From NCBI GenBank assembly GCA_038521865.1, contig JBCBKO010000002.1:594798-658797 (forward strand): 64,000 bases of DNA, read 5' to 3'. A program made the position numbers and the translations under genes. This document shows, piece after piece, positions 30,008 through 43,956 of this stretch (its first letter is position 1; each line of letters opens with the position of its first letter). The notes under the pieces are model-generated. The model saw nothing but the letters and a program-made list of their open reading frames with translations. It searched no databases and was not told the origin of the DNA. The stretch is from Pseudomonadota bacterium (GTDB lineage Bacteria; Pseudomonadota; Gammaproteobacteria; Steroidobacterales; Woeseiaceae).

Positions 30008-31111
30008 ATGAAATTGACGGCGAGCCGGCAGACGTTGCTGGGTGCGTTGCAAACCGTAATTGGTGTTGTGGAAAGACGGCAGACAATGCCAATACTCGCG
30101 AATGTTTTGCTTTCCGCTAAAGATAATCGCCTGTTGATCACAGCTACTGATATTGAGGTCGAATTGCAGGCAAGCGCAGACGTCGATGTGGACATGGCTG
30201 GTGAAATCACGGTGCCTGGGCGCAAGTTGTTCGATATCTGTAAGGCACTTCCGGAAGGGTCGGACGTGAAGATCAGCCTGAAAAACGAGCGAGTTACCGT
30301 GCAGAGCGGTCGCAGCCGGTTCAGTCTGTCGACGCTACCTGGTGGAGAATTTCCGGTAATCGACGATATCGAAGCTGGGGCCTCGGTGGAGTTACCGGTC
30401 AGCGTCATTCGCAGATTGGTCGAGAAGACCTATTTTGCGATGGCGCAACAGGACGTTCGGTATTACTTGAACGGTATGCTCCTTGAGACGGACGGGTTGT
30501 CGATTCGCGCTGTTGCCACGGACGGCCATCGACTGGCTTTGTGTGAGAACGAGCTGTCGGAGAATCCGTTAGAGAGCCAGCAGGTCATCGTTCCTAGGAA
30601 AGGGGTACTAGAGCTGCATCGTATGCTCAGTGGTGAAGGAAGTCTGACCTTTGCGATGGGCAAGAATCACATCCGTATCATAATCGGCGACATTCGGTTC
30701 ACATCGAAACTGATCGATGGTCGTTTCCCGGACTATCAGCGGGTTATTCCAATGGATGTGGAGAACTTCCTAATTGCTGATCGAGAGTCCTTGCGAGCGG
30801 CTCTTCAGCGTGCAGCAATTCTTTCGAACGAGAAGTATCGAGGGATTCGCCTAGAGGTGCGCGATAGCGGGGCCAAAATCATGGCCCATAACCCTGAGCA
30901 AGAGGAAGCGGAGGAACAGGTAGAGGTCGAGTATTCGGGCGATGATATCGAAATCGGCTTCAATGTGAATTACCTGCTTGATGCGATCGGGGCTGTGGAC
31001 AGCGAAACTGTGCGTCTCAGCTTGAAAGACGCGAACAGTAGTTGCGTGATTTCAATTCCAGAGATTGATCAGACGGACAGCAAATACGTCGTCATGCCAA
31101 TGCGTTTGTGA
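30008..31111 (+). CDS. dnaN: DNA polymerase III beta sliding clamp
   Basis: 367 aa, MKLTASRQTLLGALQTVIGVVERRQTMPILANVLL.. ending VVMPMRL. Confidence 0.95.
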   Translation: MKLTASRQTLLGALQTVIGVVERRQTMPILANVLLSAKDNRLLITATDIEVELQASADVDVDMAGEITVPGRKLFDICKALPEGSDVKISLKNERVTVQSGRSRFSLSTLPGGEFPVIDDIEAGASVELPVSVIRRLVEKTYFAMAQQDVRYYLNGMLLETDGLSIRAVATDGHRLALCENELSENPLESQQVIVPRKGVLELHRMLSGEGSLTFAMGKNHIRIIIGDIRFTSKLIDGRFPDYQRVIPMDVENFLIADRESLRAALQRAAILSNEKYRGIRLEVRDSGAKIMAHNPEQEEAEEQVEVEYSGDDIEIGFNVNYLLDAIGAVDSETVRLSLKDANSSCVISIPEIDQTDSKYVVMPMRL

Positions 31112-31133
31112 TGGACGACGCGTCAAACGGCGC

Positions 31134-34684
<3,551 letters not shown>

Positions 34685-34719
34685 TACGTGCTCTCGGTAG
34701 TGCAGTGGCGAACGCGAAC

Positions 34720-35466
34720 CTAATCGGCGGCCGGGTTACGTAACTCTCGGCCGCCCATTTGCGAGATTTCTGATTCCATCCATTGTTGGATTTGGTTATT
34801 CACCTCACGGATGTCTCTGTCCCCCACCCAAATCGGTTCGCCGACAACGAAATTAACGGTGCCGGGAAATTTGCGAACGCCACGCCGCGCCCAAAAAACG
34901 CCCGCATTGTGTGCAACCGGAATCAAGGGCACGTTCGCAGCCTTGGCAAGCGCCGCGCCACCAGAGCCGTAGCGACGCGTTTCTCCGTGCGGGACCCGTG
35001 TTCCCTCTGGGAAGATCATGACGTTAATGCCTTCTTCGAGTCTTGCTTGACCTTGGTGGATAACCTGCTTCACAGCGTTGCGCCTGCCGCTGCGATTAAT
35101 TGCGATGGGCTTTAACATCCGCAGTGCCCAGCCAAAAATAGGCACCCACTGAAGCTCGCGCTTCAATACCCAGGTCTGAGCAGAGAAAATCTCGATCTCC
35201 GCGATTGTTTCAAGCGCTGAGGAGTGCTTAATCAGGTAGACCGCTGGCTGGCTGGGAATATGCTCGCGGCCGTGTACCTGATAATCCACCCGACACAGCG
35301 TCTTGAGCGAACGCATCATTAAATTCGCCCACCCGACCGCAACACGATATCGAGCGCTATAACCAAAAGGTGCAATCAAAATGATCGCGATTGCGTAGAA
35401 CGCGACACTGAAAAACATCCAGAAGGTGAATATCAGCGATCCAATCAATTGCCGCAGGTTACGCAT
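34720..35466 (-). CDS. plsC: 1-acyl-sn-glycerol-3-phosphate acyltransferase family protein
   Basis: 248 aa: N-terminal TM, KHSSALET (HX4D/E block), FPEGTR block. Same position as the acyltransferase next to gyrB in Pseudomonas. Confidence 0.8.
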   Translation of the reverse strand: MRNLRQLIGSLIFTFWMFFSVAFYAIAIILIAPFGYSARYRVAVGWANLMMRSLKTLCRVDYQVHGREHIPSQPAVYLIKHSSALETIAEIEIFSAQTWVLKRELQWVPIFGWALRMLKPIAINRSGRRNAVKQVIHQGQARLEEGINVMIFPEGTRVPHGETRRYGSGGAALAKAANVPLIPVAHNAGVFWARRGVRKFPGTVNFVVGEPIWVGDRDIREVNNQIQQWMESEISQMGGRELRNPAAD

Positions 35467-36031
35467 AGACCCCCCTCAACAATGACTGCGCCACGCCCGA
35501 GAGGTTGTCCCTCACGTTCACGTTCGTTGCCCACGCTGGCTGGGAACGTTGAAGCGCCGTTTCTGTCTTCTGACCTTTGCCGGAACGCACCAACCAAAGC
35601 TCAGCCCCGACAGCGTTACCTGCTTCAAGATCGCGTTCGGAATCGCCGACCAGAACGGCGTTCTTGAGTTGCAACCCCGTGCGTTTGGCCAACTGATGAA
35701 GCAAACCGGGCTTTGGTTTCCGACAGTCGCAATTGTCCTCGGGTGTGTGCGGGCAGAACGCAATTTCAGCAACATCTCCCCCCGCTCGTCGCACCAGCTT
35801 TCTAAGCTTGGCGTGCATCCCATATAGGGTCTGTCGACTGAAATACCCCCTGCCGATTCCAGACTGGTTAGTCGCAACAGTCACCACCCAGCCCGCTTTT
35901 GAAAACGCAGCAATCGCATCGATACTCCCGGGTATCGGCTGCCACTCAGCAACACTGCGAACATAGCGGTCACTATCCACGTTGATCACACCGTCGCGAT
36001 CGAGAATCAACCAGCGATCGACGCTACTCAA
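35459..36031 (-). CDS. gmhB: D-glycero-beta-D-manno-heptose 1,7-bisphosphate 7-phosphatase
   Basis: 190 aa: HAD motif I LILDRDGVIN, Zn-finger-like CPHTPEDNCDCRKPKPG, GDSERD. The TTG start forms a TTGA overlap with the glyS stop (verified). Confidence 0.85.
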   Translation of the reverse strand: MSSVDRWLILDRDGVINVDSDRYVRSVAEWQPIPGSIDAIAAFSKAGWVVTVATNQSGIGRGYFSRQTLYGMHAKLRKLVRRAGGDVAEIAFCPHTPEDNCDCRKPKPGLLHQLAKRTGLQLKNAVLVGDSERDLEAGNAVGAELWLVRSGKGQKTETALQRSQPAWATNVNVRDNLSGVAQSLLRGVYA

Positions 36032-38130
36032 TCGCCCTTCACCGCGAGCTCAGATACGTCAGCAACCTCCAGGAACAGCCCCCGAACCGCTGCCAGTAGC
36101 GCGAGTCGATTGCGGCGAACCGCGATATCGTCGGCCATCACCATCACATGCTCGAAAAACGCATCGACGGGATCACGCAATTCTGCAAGTTTAAGCATCA
36201 CATCCTTGTAGTGGCGCGCCGCGACGCCGGGGGCGACGGCTTCGCTGATCGACTGCCATGCCACCAGCAGCTTTCGCTCCGCTACATCGTTTAGTGCTTC
36301 CGGATCGAGCGATCCGTTTGCGTCGGTGCCTGCACTTCTCAGAATATTGGCAATTCGCTTGTTGGCAGCCGCAAGCGCTCCCGCCGCAGGTTGCTCCACG
36401 AATGTCGATACAGCCTCAAGTCGCTGATGGAAGTCGAGCAGCGAATGCGGACGCCTTGCCGCTACCGCTTCAAACCAGTCGGGCTGGCCGGCACACAACT
36501 GTTGCTGTTCGTAATTTCGTAGCCGCTCAACGACGAAATCGTAAATATCATCCACCAGTTCTGGATGGTCGCTTACGTCCACCGGTTGGAGGGTTACTGC
36601 TTCCGATAGCAACGCCGGCAAATCCAGCTCGATCTGTCCCTCAATCAACGTGCGGATCAGACCCAGTGCAGCTCTGCGCAACCCGAAAGGATCCCGATTC
36701 CCGGTGGGCCGCTTCCCGATCGCAAAAATACCCGCAAGCGTATCGACTTTGTCGGCAATTGCCACGATGCGGGCAGTACTGCTATCGGCAATCGAATCGC
36801 CTGCGAAACGCGGCTGATAGAAAGCGCGTATCGCTGAGGCGATCCCAGGATCTGTCCCATCGGCCTCTGCGTAATAGGCGCCCATTACCCCTTGTAATTC
36901 GGGAAACTCCCCCACCATATCGGTGACTAGGTCACAACGTGATAGCTCGGCTGCGGACTTCGCGAGACTCGCATCAAGGTTGGCGAGCGACCCGACCGTT
37001 TCGCATAGTCGCACCACCCTCGCGGTTTTTTCCCCAAGCGAACCGAGCTCACGTTGATACACAATCTTGTCGAGCGCCGCGCGTCGTGCGGCTAGCGGTT
37101 GCTCCCGATCGTTGTTCCAAAAGAACTCCGCATCGGCAAGGCGAGGCGCCACAACACGTTCATTACCCAATTTGACTTGCGCGGGATCCACGCTTTCGAT
37201 GTTCGCCACCGTAACAAAGTGTTCCGTCGACGCGCCGGACTTGCTCAGCACGGGAAAGTACCGCTGATGCACCTTCAGTGTGGACGACAACACTTCCTCA
37301 GGCAGAGCGAGAAAGCGACGGTCGAAGGTCCCGCTGACCGCTACCGGCCAGTCAACCAACGCCGTGACTTCGTCAAGCAGCTCTGCGTCCTCTGCGACGC
37401 TCCCACCCAACGTATCGGCCGCTTCAGCGACAGCGGCTGCCACTCGCGACTGGCGCTCGTTGAAGTCTGCGACGACGTGCAGCGACATCAGCAGGCTCGC
37501 ATATTCTGATGGGTGCGAGATCACTGTCGCAGCGGGGGCATGGAACCGATGTCCGCGGGTCTCATTGCCGGCTGCGATACCGAAGAGCGAAACATCCAGA
37601 ACCGCGTCGTCGACCATTGCGACCAACCAATGCAACGGACGCACGAAACTCTCATCCGAGTTACCCCAGCGCATGCGCTTGGGAATCGGCAACTTACCGA
37701 TCGCCTGTTCCAGCAAATCCTGCGCCAGGGATTCAATAGGCTGTCCGGAGCGCTCAGCACGGTGGATCAGCCACTCACCTTTGTCTGTAGTTTCCCGCTC
37801 TAAATCCGAGAACGGGACGCCGCATTTCTTGGCGAAGGCGGTGGCCGCTTTGGTCGGGTTTCCGTCCTCATCCAGCGCGATACGAGTCGGTGGCCCGCGG
37901 AGTATTTCAATGCTGTCCTCTTGGCGACGCGCAACCGATTCGATGTGCAGGGCCAGTCTGCGCGGTGCAGCAAAAGCGTGAATCTCTCCGTGCGCCAGCT
38001 CAGCGCCAACCAGCGCCTGGCGCATTCCCTGAGCGAAACCCTGCGAAAGCGCCTGCATCGCCTTGGGCGGAAGTTCTTCCAGACCGAGCTCAAACAGGCA
38101 ATCGGCGGATGCTGCATTCTTATCCATCAT
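36028..38130 (-). CDS. glyS: Glycine--tRNA ligase beta subunit
   Basis: 700 aa, LFELGLEELPPKAM.. N-terminus. Directly downstream of glyQ. Confidence 0.93.
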   Translation of the reverse strand: MMDKNAASADCLFELGLEELPPKAMQALSQGFAQGMRQALVGAELAHGEIHAFAAPRRLALHIESVARRQEDSIEILRGPPTRIALDEDGNPTKAATAFAKKCGVPFSDLERETTDKGEWLIHRAERSGQPIESLAQDLLEQAIGKLPIPKRMRWGNSDESFVRPLHWLVAMVDDAVLDVSLFGIAAGNETRGHRFHAPAATVISHPSEYASLLMSLHVVADFNERQSRVAAAVAEAADTLGGSVAEDAELLDEVTALVDWPVAVSGTFDRRFLALPEEVLSSTLKVHQRYFPVLSKSGASTEHFVTVANIESVDPAQVKLGNERVVAPRLADAEFFWNNDREQPLAARRAALDKIVYQRELGSLGEKTARVVRLCETVGSLANLDASLAKSAAELSRCDLVTDMVGEFPELQGVMGAYYAEADGTDPGIASAIRAFYQPRFAGDSIADSSTARIVAIADKVDTLAGIFAIGKRPTGNRDPFGLRRAALGLIRTLIEGQIELDLPALLSEAVTLQPVDVSDHPELVDDIYDFVVERLRNYEQQQLCAGQPDWFEAVAARRPHSLLDFHQRLEAVSTFVEQPAAGALAAANKRIANILRSAGTDANGSLDPEALNDVAERKLLVAWQSISEAVAPGVAARHYKDVMLKLAELRDPVDAFFEHVMVMADDIAVRRNRLALLAAVRGLFLEVADVSELAVKGD

Positions 38131-38142
38131 TGGCGATACCCG

Positions 38143-39072
38143 CTACGTAGCGTTGGCACACATCGGGAAACCGATCGCTTCCCGCCGTGCATAGTATTGT
38201 TCAGCCACGGATCGAGCCATCGTGCGCACTCGCAGGATATAGGCCTGACGTTCAGTCACCGAAATGGCCTGGCGGGCATCCAACAGGTTGAACTGATGCG
38301 ATGCGATCAAGACCTGCTCGTAGGCCGGCAGTGGCAAATTCGCCTCGACTAGCCGTTGGCAGTCGGTCTCCGCTTGATCAAATGCCCGGAACAGTGCAGC
38401 AACATCCGCATGCTCGAAATTGTAGGCCGACTGCTCAACCTCGTTTTGGTGGTAGACATCTCCGTAGGACACCCGTCCCAAAGGCCCATCTGCCCAAACG
38501 ATGTCGAAAATGCTCTCGACGTCCTGCAGGTACATCGCAATACGTTCCAGGCCATACGTGATTTCACCCGTCACTGGCTTGCACTCAAGACCCCCTGCTT
38601 GTTGGAAGTAGGTGAACTGCGTGATCTCCATGCCGTTCAACCAAACCTCCCAACCGAGACCCCAGGCGCCGAGTGTCGGTGACTCCCAGTTGTCCTCGAC
38701 GAATCGAATGTCGTGCATCAACGGGTCGATTCCGAGTGCGCGCAGCGAATCGAGGTAGAGCTCTTGTATCTCAAGCGGTGATGGCTTGATTACTACCTGA
38801 AACTGATAGTAGTGCTGCAATCGGAATGGGTTGTCACCATAACGGCCGTCAGTCGGTCGTCGGCAAGGCTGCACGTAGGCTGCGCTCCAGGGCTCGGGGC
38901 CTATCGCCCGCATGAACGTCGCCGGGTGGAACGTCCCTGCACCTACCGGCAAGTCAATGGGCTGCTGGATCACGCAACCCTGCCGGGCCCAAAAAGACTG
39001 CAGGGTCATCAAGAGGTCCTGAAATGTCGCGGGTTTGCCTGCGGCCACGGCCGTCAGATGCGGGTTGCTCAT
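38143..39072 (-). CDS. glyQ: Glycine--tRNA ligase alpha subunit
   Basis: [22 protein letters not shown].. highly conserved body. Start set to ATG 39072 (the ORF-track start 39153 runs into the glnA enhancer region). Confidence 0.95.
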   Translation of the reverse strand: MSNPHLTAVAAGKPATFQDLLMTLQSFWARQGCVIQQPIDLPVGAGTFHPATFMRAIGPEPWSAAYVQPCRRPTDGRYGDNPFRLQHYYQFQVVIKPSPLEIQELYLDSLRALGIDPLMHDIRFVEDNWESPTLGAWGLGWEVWLNGMEITQFTYFQQAGGLECKPVTGEITYGLERIAMYLQDVESIFDIVWADGPLGRVSYGDVYHQNEVEQSAYNFEHADVAALFRAFDQAETDCQRLVEANLPLPAYEQVLIASHQFNLLDARQAISVTERQAYILRVRTMARSVAEQYYARREAIGFPMCANAT

Positions 39073-39145
39073 GCGCTGCTCAGTGTGAGTGATGGAATGC
39101 CGGCGGCGAGTATATCCGTAACGACTGCGGAAGTTGACGCCCGAC

Positions 39146-39193
39146 CGCACCAAACTGGCAAAGCACGTTTACAATATCGCACTAGTTTGGTGC
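39146..39193. promoter_or_regulatory. Two NtrC-type enhancer sites upstream of glnA
   Basis: GCACTAGTTTGGTGC (39179-39193) matches GCACC-N5-GGTGC with one mismatch. The upstream element CGCACCAAACTGGCAAAGCAC (39146-39166) carries a good GCACCA half-site. GCACCAAACT / AGTTTGGTGC form an inverted pair. Confidence 0.55.
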
Positions 39194-39255
39194 GCATATT
39201 TTGAGCACGCCAGGGAAATCGCTGTATTTCTAGTGCCTTATTAAAGCTGCGAGGG

Positions 39256-39271
39256 TGGCACGCTATATGCA
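39256..39271 (+). promoter_or_regulatory. Sigma-54 (-24/-12) promoter of glnA
   Basis: TGGCAC-gctat-ATGCA: GG and GC spaced exactly 10 nt apart, about 45 nt upstream of ATG 39315, with RBS GGGAGGG. Confidence 0.7.
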
Positions 39272-39314
39272 CTATAATTGGGCATTCAAACAATGATAGC
39301 CGGGAGGGCAACGC

Positions 39315-40724
39315 ATGAGCAGCGCTGACGTACTCAGCATGATCAAGAATCACGACGTGAAGTTCGTCGATTTCCGATTCACTGACACCAAAGGAAAAGA
39401 GCAACACGTAACGGTACCGGCGCACACGTGCGACGAAGACCTGTTCGAAGAAGGCAAGATGTTCGATGGTTCATCGATTGCCGGCTGGAAGGGTATCAAC
39501 GAGTCCGACATGATTTTGATGCCCGACGCGAGCACGGCGGTTATCGATGTGTTTTCTGAAGAGACGACGTTGAATCTGCGATGCGATGTCATCGAACCAG
39601 CCACCATGCAGGGCTACGAGCGTGACCCACGATCCCTGGCGCATCGCGCGGAGGCCTATCTGAAGTCAACCGGCATCGCGGATATGGCGTACTTCGGTCC
39701 CGAAAACGAATTCTTTGTATTCGACGACGTCCGTTGGAACGACAGCATTGAAGGCGCGTTCTACAAAATCGGATCCATCGAAGGCTGCTGGATGAGCGGC
39801 GAGGAAATGGAGGGTGGCAACTATGGCCATCGCCCGACGCAAAAAGGCGGCTACTTCCCTGTCCCGCCTGTCGATTCCCTGCACGACATGCGCTCAGCCA
39901 TGTGTCTGGCACTCGAGGAAATGGGCCAGGAGACCGAGGTGCACCACCATGAGGTCGCCACGGCCGGTCAATGCGAAATCGGCGTCAAGTTCGACACACT
40001 GGTGAAAAAAGCCGACGGCGTCCAGATTCTGAAGTACGTCGTCCAGAATGTCGCCCATACCTATGGCAAGACGGCGACGTTCATGCCGAAGCCGCTCGTT
40101 GGAGACAACGGAAACGGCATGCATGTTCACCAATCGTTGATCAAGGATGGCAACAACCTATTCACGGGTGACGCCTACGGCGGTTTGTCGGAAACGGCGC
40201 TCTACTACATCGGCGGCATCCTGAAGCACGCAAAAGCCATTAACGCGTTCGCAAACCCCGCGACCAACAGCTACAAGCGGCTGGTACCTGGATTTGAGGC
40301 GCCGACGATCCTTGCGTACTCGGCACGTAACCGTTCTGCGTCCATTCGTATCCCGTTTATCTCCAACCCGAAAGCGCGCCGTATCGAGGTTCGATTCGGT
40401 GATTCCATGGCGAACCCATACTTCTGCTTCTCCGCAATGCTGATGGCGGGCCTCGACGGCATTCGCAACAAGATCCACCCGGGCGACGCCGCGGATAAGG
40501 ATCTCTACGACCTGCCACCGGAAGAGGAGGCGCAACTCAATCATGTTGCCTTCTCACTCGAAGAAGCGCTGGATGCGTTGAACTCGGATCGAGAGTTCCT
40601 GTTGGCGGGCGATGTGTTCACCAACGACCTGATCGATGGCTACATCGACCTCAAGATGGAAGAGGTGACGCGCTTGCGCATGGCCACCCACCCTGTTGAG
40701 TTCGATATGTACTATAGCCTGTAA
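39315..40724 (+). CDS. glnA: Glutamine synthetase type I
   Basis: 469 aa: ..[16 protein letters not shown].., adenylylation-site region NLYDLPPEE-like ([10 protein letters not shown]), C-terminal EFDMYYSL. Confidence 0.97.
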   Translation: MSSADVLSMIKNHDVKFVDFRFTDTKGKEQHVTVPAHTCDEDLFEEGKMFDGSSIAGWKGINESDMILMPDASTAVIDVFSEETTLNLRCDVIEPATMQGYERDPRSLAHRAEAYLKSTGIADMAYFGPENEFFVFDDVRWNDSIEGAFYKIGSIEGCWMSGEEMEGGNYGHRPTQKGGYFPVPPVDSLHDMRSAMCLALEEMGQETEVHHHEVATAGQCEIGVKFDTLVKKADGVQILKYVVQNVAHTYGKTATFMPKPLVGDNGNGMHVHQSLIKDGNNLFTGDAYGGLSETALYYIGGILKHAKAINAFANPATNSYKRLVPGFEAPTILAYSARNRSASIRIPFISNPKARRIEVRFGDSMANPYFCFSAMLMAGLDGIRNKIHPGDAADKDLYDLPPEEEAQLNHVAFSLEEALDALNSDREFLLAGDVFTNDLIDGYIDLKMEEVTRLRMATHPVEFDMYYSL

Positions 40725-40730
40725 GCTATT

Positions 40731-40761
40731 GGCGACCGGTGCATTATGTGCACTGGTCGCC
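40731..40761 (+). terminator. Strong stem-loop after glnA (terminator/attenuator before DUF4124-ntrBC)
   Basis: GGCGACCGGTGCA-ttatg-TGCACTGGTCGCC, a 13-bp stem with one G-T pair. Only a weak T tract follows. Confidence 0.5.
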
Positions 40762-40788
40762 ACGCTTTAGCCACGCTATGCTTGACCC

Positions 40789-41412
40789 ATGGAATACAGG
40801 ATTCTCACAGCGCTGGTGGCGTTGCTGCTGGTCGGCAACGCAGCGAATGCGCAACAGATCTATCGTTGGGTCGACGACGAGGGCGTGGTTCATTATTCGG
40901 ATCAACCGCCTGAAGACGACGCGGCGAGTGCTGAAGCCGTTAAGCTGGACGTTCAGCCCGGCATTGGTAATCCGTCCCGCGAATTGCGAGACGCCCCGGC
41001 CGTGGACCCGTTTGCAGGCAACGGTAGTGTTTCGGCGGAAGAAGCCGCTCAGCAGTTGTTGGCAGCGCAGGAATCCGACCCGCAAGCTGCGAGCTCCGGT
41101 CCGACGGTTGCCTACACCGATCTTGAGATCCTGGAACCGCAGGCCGGAGAGGTGCTATGGAACATAGCTACCCAATTACCGGTTGCAGCGACACTGACGC
41201 CGGGTCTGCAGGGCGAGCACGAGATCCAGTGGATACTCGACGGTCAACCGGTAGGGAGTCCCACCCGGAGTCTCAGTCAGACCCTCACACCGGTCTATCG
41301 CGGCACACATTCGATAGCAGCGAACGTTCTGGACGAGCAGGGCCGAACCCTCTTCCGCAGCAACGCGGTCACGTTTTACGTTCAGCAGACGACCATCAAC
41401 CGAGCGCGCTAA
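40789..41412 (+). CDS. DUF4124 domain-containing periplasmic protein
   Basis: 207 aa: signal peptide, then IYRWVDDEGVVHYSDQPP, the hallmark of DUF4124. Confidence 0.7.
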   Translation: MEYRILTALVALLLVGNAANAQQIYRWVDDEGVVHYSDQPPEDDAASAEAVKLDVQPGIGNPSRELRDAPAVDPFAGNGSVSAEEAAQQLLAAQESDPQAASSGPTVAYTDLEILEPQAGEVLWNIATQLPVAATLTPGLQGEHEIQWILDGQPVGSPTRSLSQTLTPVYRGTHSIAANVLDEQGRTLFRSNAVTFYVQQTTINRAR

Positions 41413-41450
41413 CGCCTGGCGTCGGTCCGGCACCTAACGGGCATGACGAT

Positions 41451-42500
41451 ATCATCGAGCATCTGACAACCAGCGTTATCGTCGTCAACGATGCGCTGGA
41501 GATTGTTGCAGCCAATGCTGCAGCCGAAAACCTGCTCCGCGCCGGTCGATCGACCTTAAAGCGTTACCCGCTCTCGCACTGGTTCTTGGATGCCGATTTG
41601 TTGCAGCAGGAGCTTGAATTGGCGGCCAAATCCAGCGCTACCTATGCCGGAATGATCCGACTGCGCGAGGAGTCATCCCGCGAAGTCCAGTATGTCGATG
41701 TACGGATTGCGCCATACGCCGGCGGCAATCAGCAATTCCTGATTGAATTTACCGACGTCACGTCGCGACGACGTATAAATCGCGATCACACCTTGTTGTC
41801 GCAACATGACGCAGGGCGAATGATGGCCCGCCAACTGGCCCATGAAATCAAGAATCCGCTCGGCGGGTTGCGCGGTGCTGCGCAATTGATGGCCCGTCAG
41901 TCGGACAGTGCCGCACTGAAAGCCTATACCGATGTCATCATTGCGGAAGCGGATCGTCTGGCTACGCTCGTCGACTCGCTGTTGGGTCCAGGCGAACAAC
42001 CGCGCAAAGATCCGACCAATATTCATGAAATCCTCGAGCATGTCGTCAATCTGGTGGGCGCCGAACAAGGCTCTCATATCGAGTGGTCACGGGATTACGA
42101 CCCGAGTATTCCGCTTCTGGAACTTGATCGTGATCAGATGGTGCAGGCGGTGCTGAACCTCGTCAGCAACGCAACCGCGGCGGCTACCAGCGATAAACAG
42201 ATCGGTGAAATTCGATTGCGCACCCGGGCAGTGACGAACGAGACGATCGGAGAGTCGCGCCATCGAGTAATTGCCGTCGTGCAGATTGAAGACAATGGTC
42301 CTGGTATTGATCCGGATATTCGGGAGTCGATTTTTTATCCGCTGATCACGGGTCGACCGGGTGGAACTGGCATCGGCTTGCCCTTGTCGCAGGAACTGAT
42401 CAATCGCCACGGCGGCTTGATCGAATTTTCGAGCGAGCCCGGCAGGACAGTTTTTGAAATCCGGCTCCCCATCGCAATGGATGGAGCAGAACATGAGTGA
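41451..42500 (+). CDS. glnL: Nitrogen regulation sensor histidine kinase NtrB (GlnL); start codon unresolved
   Basis: N-terminal PAS-like IIEHLTTSVIVVNDALEIVAANAAAENLL, H-box HEIKNPLGGLRGAAQL, N and G boxes (NLVSNA, GTGIGLPL). There is no in-frame ATG/GTG/TTG between the upstream stop (41412) and the conserved N-terminus. The listed start is ATC 41451 as a placeholder. Confidence 0.8.
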   Translation: MIEHLTTSVIVVNDALEIVAANAAAENLLRAGRSTLKRYPLSHWFLDADLLQQELELAAKSSATYAGMIRLREESSREVQYVDVRIAPYAGGNQQFLIEFTDVTSRRRINRDHTLLSQHDAGRMMARQLAHEIKNPLGGLRGAAQLMARQSDSAALKAYTDVIIAEADRLATLVDSLLGPGEQPRKDPTNIHEILEHVVNLVGAEQGSHIEWSRDYDPSIPLLELDRDQMVQAVLNLVSNATAAATSDKQIGEIRLRTRAVTNETIGESRHRVIAVVQIEDNGPGIDPDIRESIFYPLITGRPGGTGIGLPLSQELINRHGGLIEFSSEPGRTVFEIRLPIAMDGAEHE

Positions 42501-43896
42501 GGTTCTGACCGTCTGGATTGTCGATGATGATCGCTCGGTGCGCTGGGTTCTCGAACAGGCATTGAGTCAGGCGGGCATGCAAGTGCGACCTTTCGAAGAT
42601 GCGCATGCCTGTCTAACCGCGTTAGAACATGATTCCCCGGACGTGCTCGTGACAGATATTCGTATGCCGGGCATCGACGGTTTGTCACTCATGTCTCGGG
42701 TGCATGCCGGATACCCGGGCGTCCCCGTCATCGTGATCACCGCGCATTCCGATCTCGATAGTGCGGTATCCGCGTACCAAGGCGGTGCGTTTGAGTATCT
42801 TCCGAAGCCTTTCGATATCGATGATGCCGTGTCGTTGGTGCGTCGCGCGAGTACGCAAAGCGCGAATGATGCAATTGCCAGCAGCGAAGTGTTGCCGCCA
42901 TTGCCCGAGCTTATCGGTCAGGCGCCGGCAATGCAGGAAGTGTTTCGTTCGATTGGTCGTCTGTCCCGGTCCAGCATGACGGTGCTGATTACTGGGGAGT
43001 CGGGCACTGGCAAGGAGCTCGTCGCGCGTGCGCTACACCGCAACAGCCCGCGTGCGGAGCAACCTTTCGTGGCACTCAATACCTCGGCGATCGCCGCTGA
43101 GCTGCTTGAGTCGGAACTATTCGGTCACGAAAAAGGTGCGTTCACGGGCGCAGAAAGTCGACGCGTCGGTCGCTTCGAACAAGCCGATGGCGGCACTCTG
43201 TTCCTTGATGAAATCGGAGATATGTCGCCGGCGCTACAAACCCGACTGCTCCGCGTATTGGCGGAAGGTGAGTTTTATCGCGTCGGCGGCCAAGTGGCGA
43301 TCAAGGTCGATGTGCGGGTCATTGCGGCAACACACCAGGATCTCGCTCGCGCCGTGGTCGATGGCGGGTTTCGTGAGGATTTGTATCACCGGCTCAATGT
43401 AATGCGGATCGAGACGCCGCCGCTGCGCCACCGCCGCGACGACATTGGCGCCTTGGCGACGCATTATTTGCGCCAGGCCGCTATCGAGTTGGATGTTGAA
43501 ACCAAGCGATTGAGCGAAGATGCATTATCCCGGCTTTACGCGTTCGACTGGCCGGGTAACGTGCGCCAACTCGTGAACGCCTGCCGGCGCCTAACGGTAA
43601 CCGCGCCCGGTAGCGTGATTGGACCCGAAGACATTCCGACCGAATTCGGTGGCATGAGCGGTAAGCCACTCGATAACCACAATTGGACGATGGCTTTGAC
43701 GCAGTGGGCGGAGGCGCACCTGGCGGCCGGTAATGAAGCAGCCTTGCTCAGCGAAGCGCTGCCCGCGTTCGAGCGCACTTTGGTGCACGCCGCCCTTCAG
43801 GCGGCATCCGGACAGCGAGGCGAGGCTGCACGCCTGCTCGGTTGGGGGCGCAACACCCTCACACGAAAGATCGCCCAATTGAACCTCGATCTGTAA
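42493..43896 (+). CDS. glnG: Nitrogen regulation response regulator NtrC (GlnG), sigma-54 activator
   Basis: Receiver [25 protein letters not shown]+ [30 protein letters not shown]-terminal HTH. Start ATG 42493 overlaps the ntrB end by 8 nt. Confidence 0.93.
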   Translation: MSEVLTVWIVDDDRSVRWVLEQALSQAGMQVRPFEDAHACLTALEHDSPDVLVTDIRMPGIDGLSLMSRVHAGYPGVPVIVITAHSDLDSAVSAYQGGAFEYLPKPFDIDDAVSLVRRASTQSANDAIASSEVLPPLPELIGQAPAMQEVFRSIGRLSRSSMTVLITGESGTGKELVARALHRNSPRAEQPFVALNTSAIAAELLESELFGHEKGAFTGAESRRVGRFEQADGGTLFLDEIGDMSPALQTRLLRVLAEGEFYRVGGQVAIKVDVRVIAATHQDLARAVVDGGFREDLYHRLNVMRIETPPLRHRRDDIGALATHYLRQAAIELDVETKRLSEDALSRLYAFDWPGNVRQLVNACRRLTVTAPGSVIGPEDIPTEFGGMSGKPLDNHNWTMALTQWAEAHLAAGNEAALLSEALPAFERTLVHAALQAASGQRGEAARLLGWGRNTLTRKIAQLNLDL

Positions 43897-43956
43897 CAAT
43901 CGTTGAGGGGAGCCGGTCTATCCGGTGACCAAGACTTTGACTTCCGGAGACTTTCG

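Noticed and set aside
41157-41450. The ORF-track start of ntrB at ATG 41157 (447 aa).
   Set aside because: It would overlap the last 256 nt of the DUF4124 gene in another frame. The extra residues (MEHSYPITGCSDTDAGSAGRARD..) have no NtrB-like or coding-like character.
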